Assembly: GCA_964561945.1 (NCBI GenBank)
Contig: CAZLQM010000001.1
Coordinates: 25,655 to 89,654 of the forward strand
From: an uncultured Gammaproteobacteria bacterium
GTDB lineage: Bacteria > Patescibacteriota > Microgenomatia > CAYXHB01
Length of the DNA: 64,000 nucleotides
Direction: 5' to 3'
This document shows, one piece after another, positions 29,021 through 38,483 of the stretch. Positions within the stretch are counted from its first letter, which is position 1, and every line of letters starts with the position of its first letter. A model generated the notes under the pieces. The model made no database searches. It saw nothing but the letters and a program-made list of their open reading frames with translations, and had not been told where the DNA came from. Made by a program: the position numbers and the translations under genes.

Positions 29021-30502
29021 ATGAGAACAAACACATCAAAGGCAATTATAATAGGTGCAGGTTTCGGAGGCTTGGCAGCTGCTGCTCTATTGGCTAAAGA
29101 TGGGTACGATGTGGAGGTATTTGAAAAAAATAATCAACCTGGAGGCAGAGCTCAAGTTTGGAAAAAAGATGGTTTTTTGTTTGATATGGGACCTTCGTGG
29201 TATTTGATGCCAGATGTGTTTGAGAAATTCTTCGGTGAGTTTGGACGTAAACCTAGTGATTTTTTTAAGTTGAAAAGACTAGATCCTTCGTATCGGATTT
29301 GGTTTGGGGAAAATGACTATATTGATATGCCCACAGATCTTAGTGAAATTAAGAAAATATTTGCTAAGTTAGAGGTAGATGGAGATAAAAAATTAGAAAA
29401 ATATTTAGCACAAGCCAAGTATCAATATGATGTGGCTATGGATCGTTTTATTTATCGGTCTTATAATTCCTGGAAGGACATTCTAGATAAGCAATTAATG
29501 GTTGAGGGAGCCAAGTTAAATGTATTTGGGAGTATGGGGAAATTGGCAGAAAAGTATTTTGATTCTGAGAAAGCTAGAAAAATATTGCTCTATACAATTG
29601 TTTTCTTAGGTGGATCTCCCAAAGTAACCCCTGCTCTGTACTCAATAATGACACATATCGATTTTTCACTGGGTGTTTGGTATCCAATGGAAGGAATAAA
29701 CAAAGTAGCCTTAGCAATAGAGTCATTAGGAAAAAAGCATGGAGCTAAGTTTCATTATAGTAAGGCTGTCGATGAGATTATAGTAGAGGAAGGGAAAGCC
29801 GTTGGAGTTAGGATTGGTAAAAAAATTAACAAAGCTGACCTTGTAGTGGTCAACGCAGATTATCATTTCGCAGAAACTTGTTTACTTGAAAGTAAATATC
29901 AATCCTACCCAGAGAAATACTGGAAAAAGAAAACTGTGGCTCCTTCGGCATTAATCTTTTATCTCGGTATTAGTAAGAAAATAAAAAATTTGCAACATCA
30001 TACACTTTTTTTTGATGGTGATTGGGAGGCACATTTTGAAAACATCTTTAGTAATCCGTCTTGGCCCCGAAGTGATCCTTCTTTTTATGTCTGTGCTCCA
30101 TCTAAAACTGATAATACTGTAGCCCCAAAGAATATGGAAAATCTATTTGTGTTAATTCCCGTGGCAAGTGGACTTGATGATAATGAAGGCACACGGGAAA
30201 AGTATTTTGAGCAAGTAATTGATAGAATGGAAAAATTAACTAGAGAATCAATAAAGGAACATATAATAGTAAAGCGTTCTTTTGCTCATAAGGATTTTGC
30301 TAAGGAATACAACGCCTACAAAGGAACTGCACTGGGACTAGCGCACACGTTGTCACAAACTGCTTTTTTGAGACCCAAACAAAAGAGTGATAAAGTACAA
30401 AACTTATTTTATACAGGGCAATACACACATCCTGGAATTGGAATGCCTATTACTTTGATTTCTTCATCAATTCTGCATCATACTTTGACTCATGAGAAAT
30501 GA
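29021..30502 (+). CDS. crtI: phytoene desaturase family flavoprotein (CrtI/CrtN-like)
   Basis: 'KAIIIGAGFGGLAAAALLAKDGYDVEVFEKNNQPGGRAQVWKKDGFLFDMGPSWY' in a 493-aa ORF. Confidence 0.8.
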   Translation: MRTNTSKAIIIGAGFGGLAAAALLAKDGYDVEVFEKNNQPGGRAQVWKKDGFLFDMGPSWYLMPDVFEKFFGEFGRKPSDFFKLKRLDPSYRIWFGENDYIDMPTDLSEIKKIFAKLEVDGDKKLEKYLAQAKYQYDVAMDRFIYRSYNSWKDILDKQLMVEGAKLNVFGSMGKLAEKYFDSEKARKILLYTIVFLGGSPKVTPALYSIMTHIDFSLGVWYPMEGINKVALAIESLGKKHGAKFHYSKAVDEIIVEEGKAVGVRIGKKINKADLVVVNADYHFAETCLLESKYQSYPEKYWKKKTVAPSALIFYLGISKKIKNLQHHTLFFDGDWEAHFENIFSNPSWPRSDPSFYVCAPSKTDNTVAPKNMENLFVLIPVASGLDDNEGTREKYFEQVIDRMEKLTRESIKEHIIVKRSFAHKDFAKEYNAYKGTALGLAHTLSQTAFLRPKQKSDKVQNLFYTGQYTHPGIGMPITLISSSILHHTLTHEK

Positions 30503-31310
30503 AGTAAGTTTTTTGGATATTTTCAGGAAAGGAAGTAAAACTTATTTTTATTCCAGTTTGTTCTTTCCTAAGGATGTCTATCGTGAAGTTCAGGTGTTAT
30601 ATGCTTTTGTCAGAACAGCTGATGATTTGGTTGATGGTAGGCAGGCAAATATTGATAAATTTAATCTGTTTTGGGAGAAATATTGGGGAAATGAAGACAA
30701 ACCTAGTGGAGATTTGATCATCGATTATTTTAGGCAATTAGTTAAAAAAAAGAAATTTGAAAAGGATTGGATTTGTGCATTTGAGAAATCTATGCGAATG
30801 GATTTTGGGAAAAATAAATACACTACTTTGGATGAGACTATTGAGTATATGTATGGGTCAGCTGAGGTGATTGGTTTGATGATGTGCAGGATTATAAATA
30901 TAAAAAATGAGGCTTTTCCTTCTGCGCGAGCATTGGGGAGATCAATGCAGTATGCAAATTTTATGCGTGATATTGATGAAGATTTGGGATTGGGTCGAGT
31001 TTACTTTGCAGAGGCTGAAATGAAGAAAGTTGGATTGAAATCATTAAACCATCAAGATGTTTTAAAGAATGAAAAAGGATTTGTTCAGTTTATTAATAAC
31101 CAACAGAAATATTATCTTGAATGGCTCGAAGAAGGACGCTCAGGTTATCAATACTTACCCAAATGGGCGTTGCGGGCAATCAAGACAGCCGAGGAAATGT
31201 ATACTTGGACGGTTAGTGAAATTGCGACAAATCCAATGGTGGTTTATGAGAAAAAAGTTAAACCATCTATTTGGAAAATTATTTCAACGGGGATAAAAAA
31301 TAGTTTATGA
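30492..31310 (+). CDS. crtB: phytoene/squalene synthase family (CrtB/CrtM-like)
   Basis: 'YAFVRTADDLVDG' and 'YANFMRDIDEDLGLGRVYF'. Confidence 0.8.
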   Translation: MRNEVSFLDIFRKGSKTYFYSSLFFPKDVYREVQVLYAFVRTADDLVDGRQANIDKFNLFWEKYWGNEDKPSGDLIIDYFRQLVKKKKFEKDWICAFEKSMRMDFGKNKYTTLDETIEYMYGSAEVIGLMMCRIINIKNEAFPSARALGRSMQYANFMRDIDEDLGLGRVYFAEAEMKKVGLKSLNHQDVLKNEKGFVQFINNQQKYYLEWLEEGRSGYQYLPKWALRAIKTAEEMYTWTVSEIATNPMVVYEKKVKPSIWKIISTGIKNSL

Positions 31311-32146
31311 GAGGAACTTTAAATTTTTTGGTTAAGATTTCTCGACCTAGATTTTGGGTATATTTATTTGGTACGTATTTGGTGGGATATACATTTGGGT
31401 TAGATTCACCAGAAGGTTTTCGCATTCCCATTTTTTGGATTCACTTAATATATTTTATGTGGATGGCAAATTTCTGGTTGTATGGTATCAATGATCTTTA
31501 TGATGAGGACACCGATAAATATAATCTCAAAAAAGGCAGTTATGAAGTTAGATTAGCTCGAGAACGGAAACAAACTGTAATTAAAATAGTTAAATTGATT
31601 GGCATATTTAGTATCGGTTTGATGTTAATGCAAACTGTTGCAGGAGCTCTAATGATTCTGATTTGGGGGATGCTAGGTTGGGCATATAGCAGTCCACCTC
31701 TACGATTTAAAGCAAGGGTAGGATGGGATTTTGCGTCTAATATACTATACGGGATTCCTGGATTACTGGGCTATTGGCAATCAAGTCTGAATTTGCCTGA
31801 TTGGAAAATTATATTAGCAATCTGGCTCTGGTGTGGCGCGATGCATCTTTTTTCCGCAATTCCTGATATAAAGGCAGATAGTCAAGCGGGGTTAGGAACA
31901 ACAGCGGTAAAATTAGGACTAAGGAAATCATTAATTACCTGTCTAAGCCTGTGGAGTTTGGCGGTAGTGCTGGCTGGCTTTGGCTTGGGGTGGTGGTCAA
32001 TGATAGGATTAATTTACCCTGGGATTTGTATTTATTTATTGGTTGGGAAAAAGGAAATTTCTGCGATGTATAAAAATTTACCTGTTGTTAATGCATTGGC
32101 AGGCTTGTGTTTATTTGGATATGCTATTTGGCCATTAATAAATTAG
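31307..32146 (+). CDS. UbiA-family integral membrane prenyltransferase
   Basis: 'NDLYDEDTDKYN' (NDxxDxxxD) and 8-9 TM helices. Overlaps crtB by 4 bp. Confidence 0.75.
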   Translation: MRGTLNFLVKISRPRFWVYLFGTYLVGYTFGLDSPEGFRIPIFWIHLIYFMWMANFWLYGINDLYDEDTDKYNLKKGSYEVRLARERKQTVIKIVKLIGIFSIGLMLMQTVAGALMILIWGMLGWAYSSPPLRFKARVGWDFASNILYGIPGLLGYWQSSLNLPDWKIILAIWLWCGAMHLFSAIPDIKADSQAGLGTTAVKLGLRKSLITCLSLWSLAVVLAGFGLGWWSMIGLIYPGICIYLLVGKKEISAMYKNLPVVNALAGLCLFGYAIWPLIN

Positions 32147-32161
32147 TCTGGGTTGAAATTG

Positions 32162-32473
32162 TTAAATTTTGAAAAATGAAGAAATTTTTGTGAGAAAATT
32201 TTGGGGCGATTTATGAATGGCTTTGGTCTTATGGGTTGTGGAAATTGGATCGCTGGATAAATTGGGTTGGATATTTTCTTGGTCACAGATTTTATCGACT
32301 AAGTAATCGACGTGATCAGGAATTTTGTCTGTAAATTCATGGATAATTTTTTTAAGGTGTGGTTTGGAGAAAGAAATATTTTGATCACGATTAGTCCACA
32401 ATTCCCATCCAATACCCAAAAGTGTACCCGCAATAAAACCGAAATTGTGATGTGTGTGTCGTTTTTTGGTCAT
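32162..32473 (-). CDS. YtxH-like small membrane-associated protein
   Basis: N-terminal 'FGFIAGTLLGIGWELW' helix followed by a hydrophilic tail. Overlaps the next gene by 4 bp. Confidence 0.35.
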   Translation of the reverse strand: MTKKRHTHHNFGFIAGTLLGIGWELWTNRDQNISFSKPHLKKIIHEFTDKIPDHVDYLVDKICDQENIQPNLSSDPISTTHKTKAIHKSPQNFLTKISSFFKI

Positions 32474-32733
32474 TCTTGAGAATCAGAAGTTTTTTGAGTT
32501 TTGGAGAGAATCTGTTTGCCTGTTTTAAGCCCCGAGAGGAAACTGCTTAATGATGTTACGGGTTGAGCGATGGCTTCTGAGACATCTCGAGTGCGATCTA
32601 TAATTTGGTTGATTTTACGAAGTCCTTGGCGAATTTCTTGAAGGATTAAGATTAGTTGATAGCCAATCATAATAAAAACAATGGTTAATGAAATCGAGAT
32701 AAGAAGTCCAGCGGCTTGGTTGATGGTAATCAT
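32470..32733 (-). CDS. DUF948-like protein (N-terminal TM plus coiled coil)
   Basis: 87-aa ORF with architecture typical of DUF948, which is commonly next to YtxH. Confidence 0.4.
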   Translation of the reverse strand: MITINQAAGLLISISLTIVFIMIGYQLILILQEIRQGLRKINQIIDRTRDVSEAIAQPVTSLSSFLSGLKTGKQILSKTQKTSDSQE

Positions 32734-32780
32734 TTTTTTATTATGACATATTTGTCAGATTGGCGTGGCATAGGTGTCAA

Positions 32781-33422
32781 TTATGAGTTTGGATATTTGA
32801 CGTTTATGGTGCGTTTGACGATGGTTTCGTTTTTGCGACGATTAATAGCTTGGATGATGATTTGCTGTCTGCCTGAATTGACTGGAATTTTGACTTGAAA
32901 TTTGCCTGAATTATCTAAGGATATTAATTGATTGTTTATCTTAACTACTGACGTGGGATCAGCAATACCAACAACTTGGACTGTAGATTCTGAAACAACT
33001 TGACCTTCAATAGGTAATGTAACAATAAGTTTGGGCTTGATCAGGCTGGTGTATTGGAAGGCTAGAAAACCTGAAAACAATGCTAGGGTAAAACCGACAA
33101 TTGTAAAAACAATAATTCGCGAATACCACCAAGGGGATGCTGGGGTAGATTCAATCATACTACGAGGAATAATTTGGCCCGATTCACTCTCCGCAAAATC
33201 ACGGCGAAAAATAGCTAATAAGGTTTGGGGATTAATGTTGAGAAATTGAGCGTAGTTCTTGATAAAACCTCGGGCATAGGTAGCAGATGGAAGTTTGTGA
33301 TATTCATCTGATTCGAGAGCTTGTAAATATTTGCTGTGGATTTTGATGGCATGACTGACTTGATCCAAGGTTAGAGATTGTTTGTGGCGCGTGGTTTGGA
33401 GTAATTGCCCGACGGTTTTCAT
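32781..33422 (-). CDS. rodZ: RodZ-like cytoskeleton protein (HTH, TM, C-terminal beta domain)
   Basis: 'MKTVGQLLQTTRHKQSLTLDQVSHAIKIHSKYLQALESDEY...YARGFIKNYAQFLNI', then a TM helix. Confidence 0.6.
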   Translation of the reverse strand: MKTVGQLLQTTRHKQSLTLDQVSHAIKIHSKYLQALESDEYHKLPSATYARGFIKNYAQFLNINPQTLLAIFRRDFAESESGQIIPRSMIESTPASPWWYSRIIVFTIVGFTLALFSGFLAFQYTSLIKPKLIVTLPIEGQVVSESTVQVVGIADPTSVVKINNQLISLDNSGKFQVKIPVNSGRQQIIIQAINRRKNETIVKRTINVKYPNS

Positions 33423-33460
33423 GTTTCAAGTGTACCTGATAATAGCAAGAATTATTATGA

Positions 33461-35617
33461 TTAGGATGGATTTTCTTGGAGGAATCTTTGCGCCGCTAGG
33501 ATATTTATTTCGCGTTTCTTGGCATTTTTTTGAGGTGCGCCAACAATTCCTAACGTTTCCATTTCTTTTATAAGTCTAGCTGCTTTGTTGAAACCAATCC
33601 TGTGTTCAGTTTGAAGCATGGAAGCTGAAGCTCCGCCTGTGCTCAAGACTGTTTCAATGGCAAGTCTAAGTTCCGGACTAAACTGAGATTCTGCTTCGGA
33701 TTGAAGTTTGGTTTCTGCAACTGATTGGGCTGCAATATCAATGTACTGAGGATTTAGTCCTTGGGATTTAATAAAAGTTGTGACTCTTTGGATTTCTTCG
33801 GTGGTTATAAATGAGCCTTGAATTCGAATGGGTTTGCGGTCAGATGATACGAATAACATGTCTCCTTGACCAAGCAATTTTTCGGCTCCTGGCATATCAA
33901 TAATTGTTCGAGAATCTTGCATTTGGGGGAGAGCAAAGGCGATTCGCACGGGAATATTGGCTTTGATTAAACCAGTAATGACGTTTACATCTGGTCTTTG
34001 AGTAGCTAAAACAAGATGGATACCTGGGGCTCGAGCCATTTGGGCTAACTTAACAATTGATTCTTCTGTCTCACGAGGTGCACTCATCATGATGTCATTA
34101 AGTTCATCGATAACAACTACGATCGAAGGGAGAGCTTGATAGCCCATGATTCTGTTGTAATCTGCTAAATTTTTGGCTCCTACTTCCATGAATCGACTAA
34201 GACGCTCATCCATTTCTTTGCAACACCAACGCAGTGCCGGTAATACATCTTTGACTTCGGTAATTACAGGCGATAATAAATGGGGGATACCTGAGTAGCC
34301 AGTTAGCTCAACTTTTTTGGCATCAGCTAATACCAGTCTAACTTCGGCAGGATTTGCTCGGAATAAGATTGAGCAAATAATACTATGCACACAGATTGAT
34401 TTACCACTGCCCGTTGTACCTGCGATTAATAAATGTGGCATGCGGGCAATATCAAATCCCTGTGGCTTGCCACTGATATCTTTACCTAAGGCAACTAGCG
34501 TACGGGACGACTCAGCTTTGACTGGAGTTGATTCAAGAACTGAACGCAGAGTTACAGTTTCGATTTTTTGGTTTGGAACTTCAATCCCAACATAATTAGT
34601 CCCCGGTATAGGCGCTTCGATACGAATTTGGCCAGTTGGTGCAGCTAAGGCAAGGGCCAGATCAGCAGCTAAATTGGTAATCCGGTTGAGCTTGGTGCCA
34701 TCTGGAATTGAGATTGAGTATTGAGTCACCGATGGACCAACCTTGGTATCGGCAACTTTGGCACGACGGATTCCAAAAGCGTCAAGAGTGCGCTCGATGA
34801 TGGAAGCATTTTGGCGGGTGTGACTATTGCTCGTGCTACTGGTAGTGCCTGCGATTAGTAGGGAAGTTGGAGGCAACACCCAAGGAGTATTGATTGCCAT
34901 TTGAGTTAAATGTGTTGCGCTGGTTACTGACGAAGATATTTCATCAATGGCAGGACTGGGTAGATTGTGAGGCAAGTTATTGGTGATAGAAGTTGAACCC
35001 TGATTTGGCAAAACCGGACGGAGTGGCAATTGGGTTGGTGCTATATTATCTAAATTCGAATCTGTTTCAGAAATAAGCTCTGGTTGAGGTGTGAGTTTGG
35101 GAATTATTTTCTCGATTATTTCTCTAAAATAAGCAAATGTATAAAGAAGGAAACCTTTGAGTCTTAATGGTGGAATGTTAAAGATAACAATAATTGCAAT
35201 AAAAAACGAAAATACAAGGACAGAATATGCACCAAATGAAGTAATATAAGGCGAAAGACTAGAAAAAATTGATTGACCAAAAAGACCTGTGTGGAAAAGT
35301 CCTGATAAAGAAATAACCATAAGCCAGGTACCCAAGACAACATACTGGCGAACAAAAACTAGTTGACGTAGATTAAGAACTTGTAAACTTATTTGTAAAA
35401 GTAAAAAAGGAAGAGCTATTGCCATCCAACCAAAATATTTAATTACCCATTGATTGATTTTGCCTGGAACTCCAGTCGATTGAGAAAAGGAAAGAGCGAT
35501 CAAAGCAGCTAGTACCAGAATGGCAATTCCCAAAATGAACTTTAGCAATCTAGAGCTGATGTTGATTTTGATAGCTCTCTTGATGACTTTTTTTTTGTAA
35601 TGGCGTTTTTTGGGCAT
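33461..35617 (-). CDS. ftsK: DNA translocase FtsK/SpoIIIE
   Basis: N-terminal TM helices, Pro/Ser-rich linker, motor 'HLLIAGTTGSGKSICVHSIICSIL' and a C-terminal gamma domain. Confidence 0.9.
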   Translation of the reverse strand: MPKKRHYKKKVIKRAIKINISSRLLKFILGIAILVLAALIALSFSQSTGVPGKINQWVIKYFGWMAIALPFLLLQISLQVLNLRQLVFVRQYVVLGTWLMVISLSGLFHTGLFGQSIFSSLSPYITSFGAYSVLVFSFFIAIIVIFNIPPLRLKGFLLYTFAYFREIIEKIIPKLTPQPELISETDSNLDNIAPTQLPLRPVLPNQGSTSITNNLPHNLPSPAIDEISSSVTSATHLTQMAINTPWVLPPTSLLIAGTTSSTSNSHTRQNASIIERTLDAFGIRRAKVADTKVGPSVTQYSISIPDGTKLNRITNLAADLALALAAPTGQIRIEAPIPGTNYVGIEVPNQKIETVTLRSVLESTPVKAESSRTLVALGKDISGKPQGFDIARMPHLLIAGTTGSGKSICVHSIICSILFRANPAEVRLVLADAKKVELTGYSGIPHLLSPVITEVKDVLPALRWCCKEMDERLSRFMEVGAKNLADYNRIMGYQALPSIVVVIDELNDIMMSAPRETEESIVKLAQMARAPGIHLVLATQRPDVNVITGLIKANIPVRIAFALPQMQDSRTIIDMPGAEKLLGQGDMLFVSSDRKPIRIQGSFITTEEIQRVTTFIKSQGLNPQYIDIAAQSVAETKLQSEAESQFSPELRLAIETVLSTGGASASMLQTEHRIGFNKAARLIKEMETLGIVGAPQKNAKKREINILAAQRFLQENPS

Positions 35618-35670
35618 GGCAATGAAGATTAATAGCTATCATTGTATCACAATGTCAGGTTCAAAATTGT

Positions 35671-37323
35671 TTAAACTTCAATTACGACAGGTAAAATCAT
35701 GGGGTGGCGTTGAAGTTTGTCAGCAAAGTGATTGGCGAGAATATCAATGGTTTCTTGTTTAACATGGTGCCAGTCACTCATTGTCTTTTGGCGATTAAGG
35801 ATCGAATTGAGATGATGTTTGGCGGATAACAAAATTTCACTGTTAGGTTTAGCGTATATCAAACCTCTGGTGATAATATCAGGAGCTTCAGCAAGGCGTT
35901 TGGTTTCTGAGTCAATTTGGATTAGGACAACCACAATACCTTCCTCTGCCAAAACTTGTCTATCCCTCAATACAACATTGCCAACATCTCCGACCCCAAG
36001 GCCATCCACCATAACATTGCGGATTAGCGCATTGTCCCCAAGACGAACTCCTTGTTGATCGACGATGACAGTGCGACCTTCGGGCAATAGAACATTTTTG
36101 CGATCATAGCCCATAGATTCAGCTAAAAGTGAGTAATGAACCATGTGTCGAAAAGTTCCACCCACAGGCATGAAGTATTGAGGATTTGTTAAGTTTATAA
36201 GCATCATGAGATCATGACGACTGCCGTGGCCTGAAACATGTAAGTCGTCTTTGATATTGGCATAGGTAACCGTAGCACCACGTTCATAGAGGGCATCAAT
36301 GGCTGCGTGAATGGCGGTTTCTGAGCCTGGAATATAGTCTGAGGAAAATAGAACATGATCGCCTGGTTTGATATTAATGAAAGAGTGATCGCCAATGGCA
36401 AGACGTTGTAAGGCAGAGCCTGTTTGTCCTTGGCTTCCTGCAGTTAAAATGGTGACCTGATCATCCTTGTATTTACGCAGATTCTTGAGGGGAACAATCT
36501 GGCGGATATCCACATCTAGATATCCAAGTTTTTGGGCGATGGTAACGTTTTTCTCAATTGAACGACCTGCTATGAAAATCTTGCGCCCGTGTTTGATTGA
36601 AGCTGAGATAGCTTGCTGAAGACGTGATATGGAAGACGACATGGTGGTGACAATGAACTTACCTTTACAACTTGAGATCTCACGCTCAAACATTTCATCT
36701 AAACTTTTCTCGCTACGAGTAGCACCTTGGCGTTCGCTACCAAGAGAATCGGAAATTAGCAATTTGACTCCTAGATTACCCGCTTGGGCGATTTTGCCGA
36801 GCTCCGGTTGTTTACCATCAACTGGAGTGAAATCGAATTTGAAGTCAGCCCCATGATAGATAATGCCAGCACTGGTCTTGATGATGAGATGGAAGGTATC
36901 GGGAATTGAATGTGAAACACGAGCAAAACTAATCTCGAAGCCTCCAATTTTGATGGAAGCATCAGATGAGACTATTTGGATATTACGCTTAATGTTATAT
37001 TCTTGGAGTTTTGCTTGAGCTAGTGCTGCGGTGAGTCTGGCGGTATAAATTGGGAACTCAGGAAGTTGAGGTAAAATATAAGGTAATCCACCAATATGAT
37101 CTTCATGGCCATGGGTCAAAATCATGCCACGAATTTTTTCGCGTTTATTTTTGAGAAAACCCACATCTGGAATTAGGAGATCGACTCCAAGCATTTCTTC
37201 AGTAGGGAAACCGATGCCACAGTCGATGAGAAGAATATCAGTATCGGTTTCGTAAGCATACATATTACGAGTAACTTCACCAAAGCCTCCAAGGGAAGTG
37301 ATGTGTACGGTATTAGGATTCAT
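35671..37323 (-). CDS. rnj: ribonuclease J
   Basis: Metallo-beta-lactamase 'THGHEDHIGGLPY' plus beta-CASP and C-terminal domains in a 550-aa ORF. Confidence 0.9.
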   Translation of the reverse strand: MNPNTVHITSLGGFGEVTRNMYAYETDTDILLIDCGIGFPTEEMLGVDLLIPDVGFLKNKREKIRGMILTHGHEDHIGGLPYILPQLPEFPIYTARLTAALAQAKLQEYNIKRNIQIVSSDASIKIGGFEISFARVSHSIPDTFHLIIKTSAGIIYHGADFKFDFTPVDGKQPELGKIAQAGNLGVKLLISDSLGSERQGATRSEKSLDEMFEREISSCKGKFIVTTMSSSISRLQQAISASIKHGRKIFIAGRSIEKNVTIAQKLGYLDVDIRQIVPLKNLRKYKDDQVTILTAGSQGQTGSALQRLAIGDHSFINIKPGDHVLFSSDYIPGSETAIHAAIDALYERGATVTYANIKDDLHVSGHGSRHDLMMLINLTNPQYFMPVGGTFRHMVHYSLLAESMGYDRKNVLLPEGRTVIVDQQGVRLGDNALIRNVMVDGLGVGDVGNVVLRDRQVLAEEGIVVVLIQIDSETKRLAEAPDIITRGLIYAKPNSEILLSAKHHLNSILNRQKTMSDWHHVKQETIDILANHFADKLQRHPMILPVVIEV

Positions 37324-37337
37324 AAGTTTTTTATATT

Positions 37338-38423
37338 TTACCAGGTCGGCAGATAAGGTTTGATGTTTTCGGTAGTTAAGTCCAACGCTGTGATTTGACC
37401 TTCGACAATCTGTCGGGCAACCTTGCGACCGATTCCATTGATGGTTCTTTCTAAGGTACGAATACCCGAGTCAAAACCCAAAGGCCTAACGATGAGAGGC
37501 CAAGTGTCGTCGCTAATGGTAAGCTGATCTATATTGAGGCCTGAGTCTTGGATGACTTTGGGCAAAACGTATTCTCTACCGATATGAATTTTTTCATCAT
37601 CAGTATAAGATGGCATTCTGATTAATTCCATACGATCAAGAACCGCCGTTGCGATGTTATTGGTATTATTGGCTGTAGCTATAAATAGAGCTTGGGAAAG
37701 ATCAAAAGGATAATCGATGTAGTGATCGGTAAAAGCATTGTTCTGACCTGGATCTAACAATTCAACCAAAACTCCCATAATATCTCCTCTAACTTGTTCT
37801 GAAACACGATCAATTTCATCAAGGAGAATAACTGGATTTTTGACCTCAACTCGACGAAGTGACTTAAGAACTTGACCCACTTCGGCATCGGGTTGAATTC
37901 GCGATTGACCACGAAGAATTGAGGCATCACCCATACCTCCGAAAGGGATACGGACAAAAGGTCTTCCCATGGCTTCGGCTATTGATTTGGCGATAGTAGT
38001 TTTTCCAGTACCTACGAGCCCGACGAAGAATAGAATGGGGGCTCGCATTAATTGAGCCGTGACTTCTTCTTCAGACAGGTCTTGTGATTTGAGCTGAGTG
38101 GCCTTGAGTTGCATGACTGCGATTGATTCTAGAACGCGAGCTTTTATCTCCTCTAGTCCATAATGAGTCTTATCGAGAACTTGTTTAGCATAATTTAGAT
38201 CAAGGATATCTTGACTGCGCTTATACCAAGGCAAACTGCTAATCCATTCGACGTATTTAGAAACAGATTCGTATTCTTGAGAGTAAAATCCTGAGCTGAC
38301 AGCCCGATGGAGTCTACGTAACATGCTATTAACTCTATCCTCGAGAAGGGGTGGTAACTTAGTGTTATCAACTTGAGACTGTAAATTATTTAATTCCTCA
38401 ATTATATCTGGCTGCTCATTCAT
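37338..38423 (-). CDS. standalone Lon-derived AAA+ ATPase (helical linker plus AAA+ module only, no LAN or S16 peptidase domain)
   Basis: Aligns throughout with residues ~280-620 of the Lon encoded at 9538-11979: 'KTHYGLEEIKARVLESIAVMQL', Walker A 'GLVGTGKTTIAKSIA', 'ILLDEIDRV', 'DHYIDYPFDLSQALFIATAN'. It ends where the peptidase domain would begin. Confidence 0.8.
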   Translation of the reverse strand: MNEQPDIIEELNNLQSQVDNTKLPPLLEDRVNSMLRRLHRAVSSGFYSQEYESVSKYVEWISSLPWYKRSQDILDLNYAKQVLDKTHYGLEEIKARVLESIAVMQLKATQLKSQDLSEEEVTAQLMRAPILFFVGLVGTGKTTIAKSIAEAMGRPFVRIPFGGMGDASILRGQSRIQPDAEVGQVLKSLRRVEVKNPVILLDEIDRVSEQVRGDIMGVLVELLDPGQNNAFTDHYIDYPFDLSQALFIATANNTNNIATAVLDRMELIRMPSYTDDEKIHIGREYVLPKVIQDSGLNIDQLTISDDTWPLIVRPLGFDSGIRTLERTINGIGRKVARQIVEGQITALDLTTENIKPYLPTW

Positions 38424-38483
38424 ATATTATCCTAAAATTTACTATATCACGGGAAGCGTAAAAACACAGAATTTGGTTGAAAA

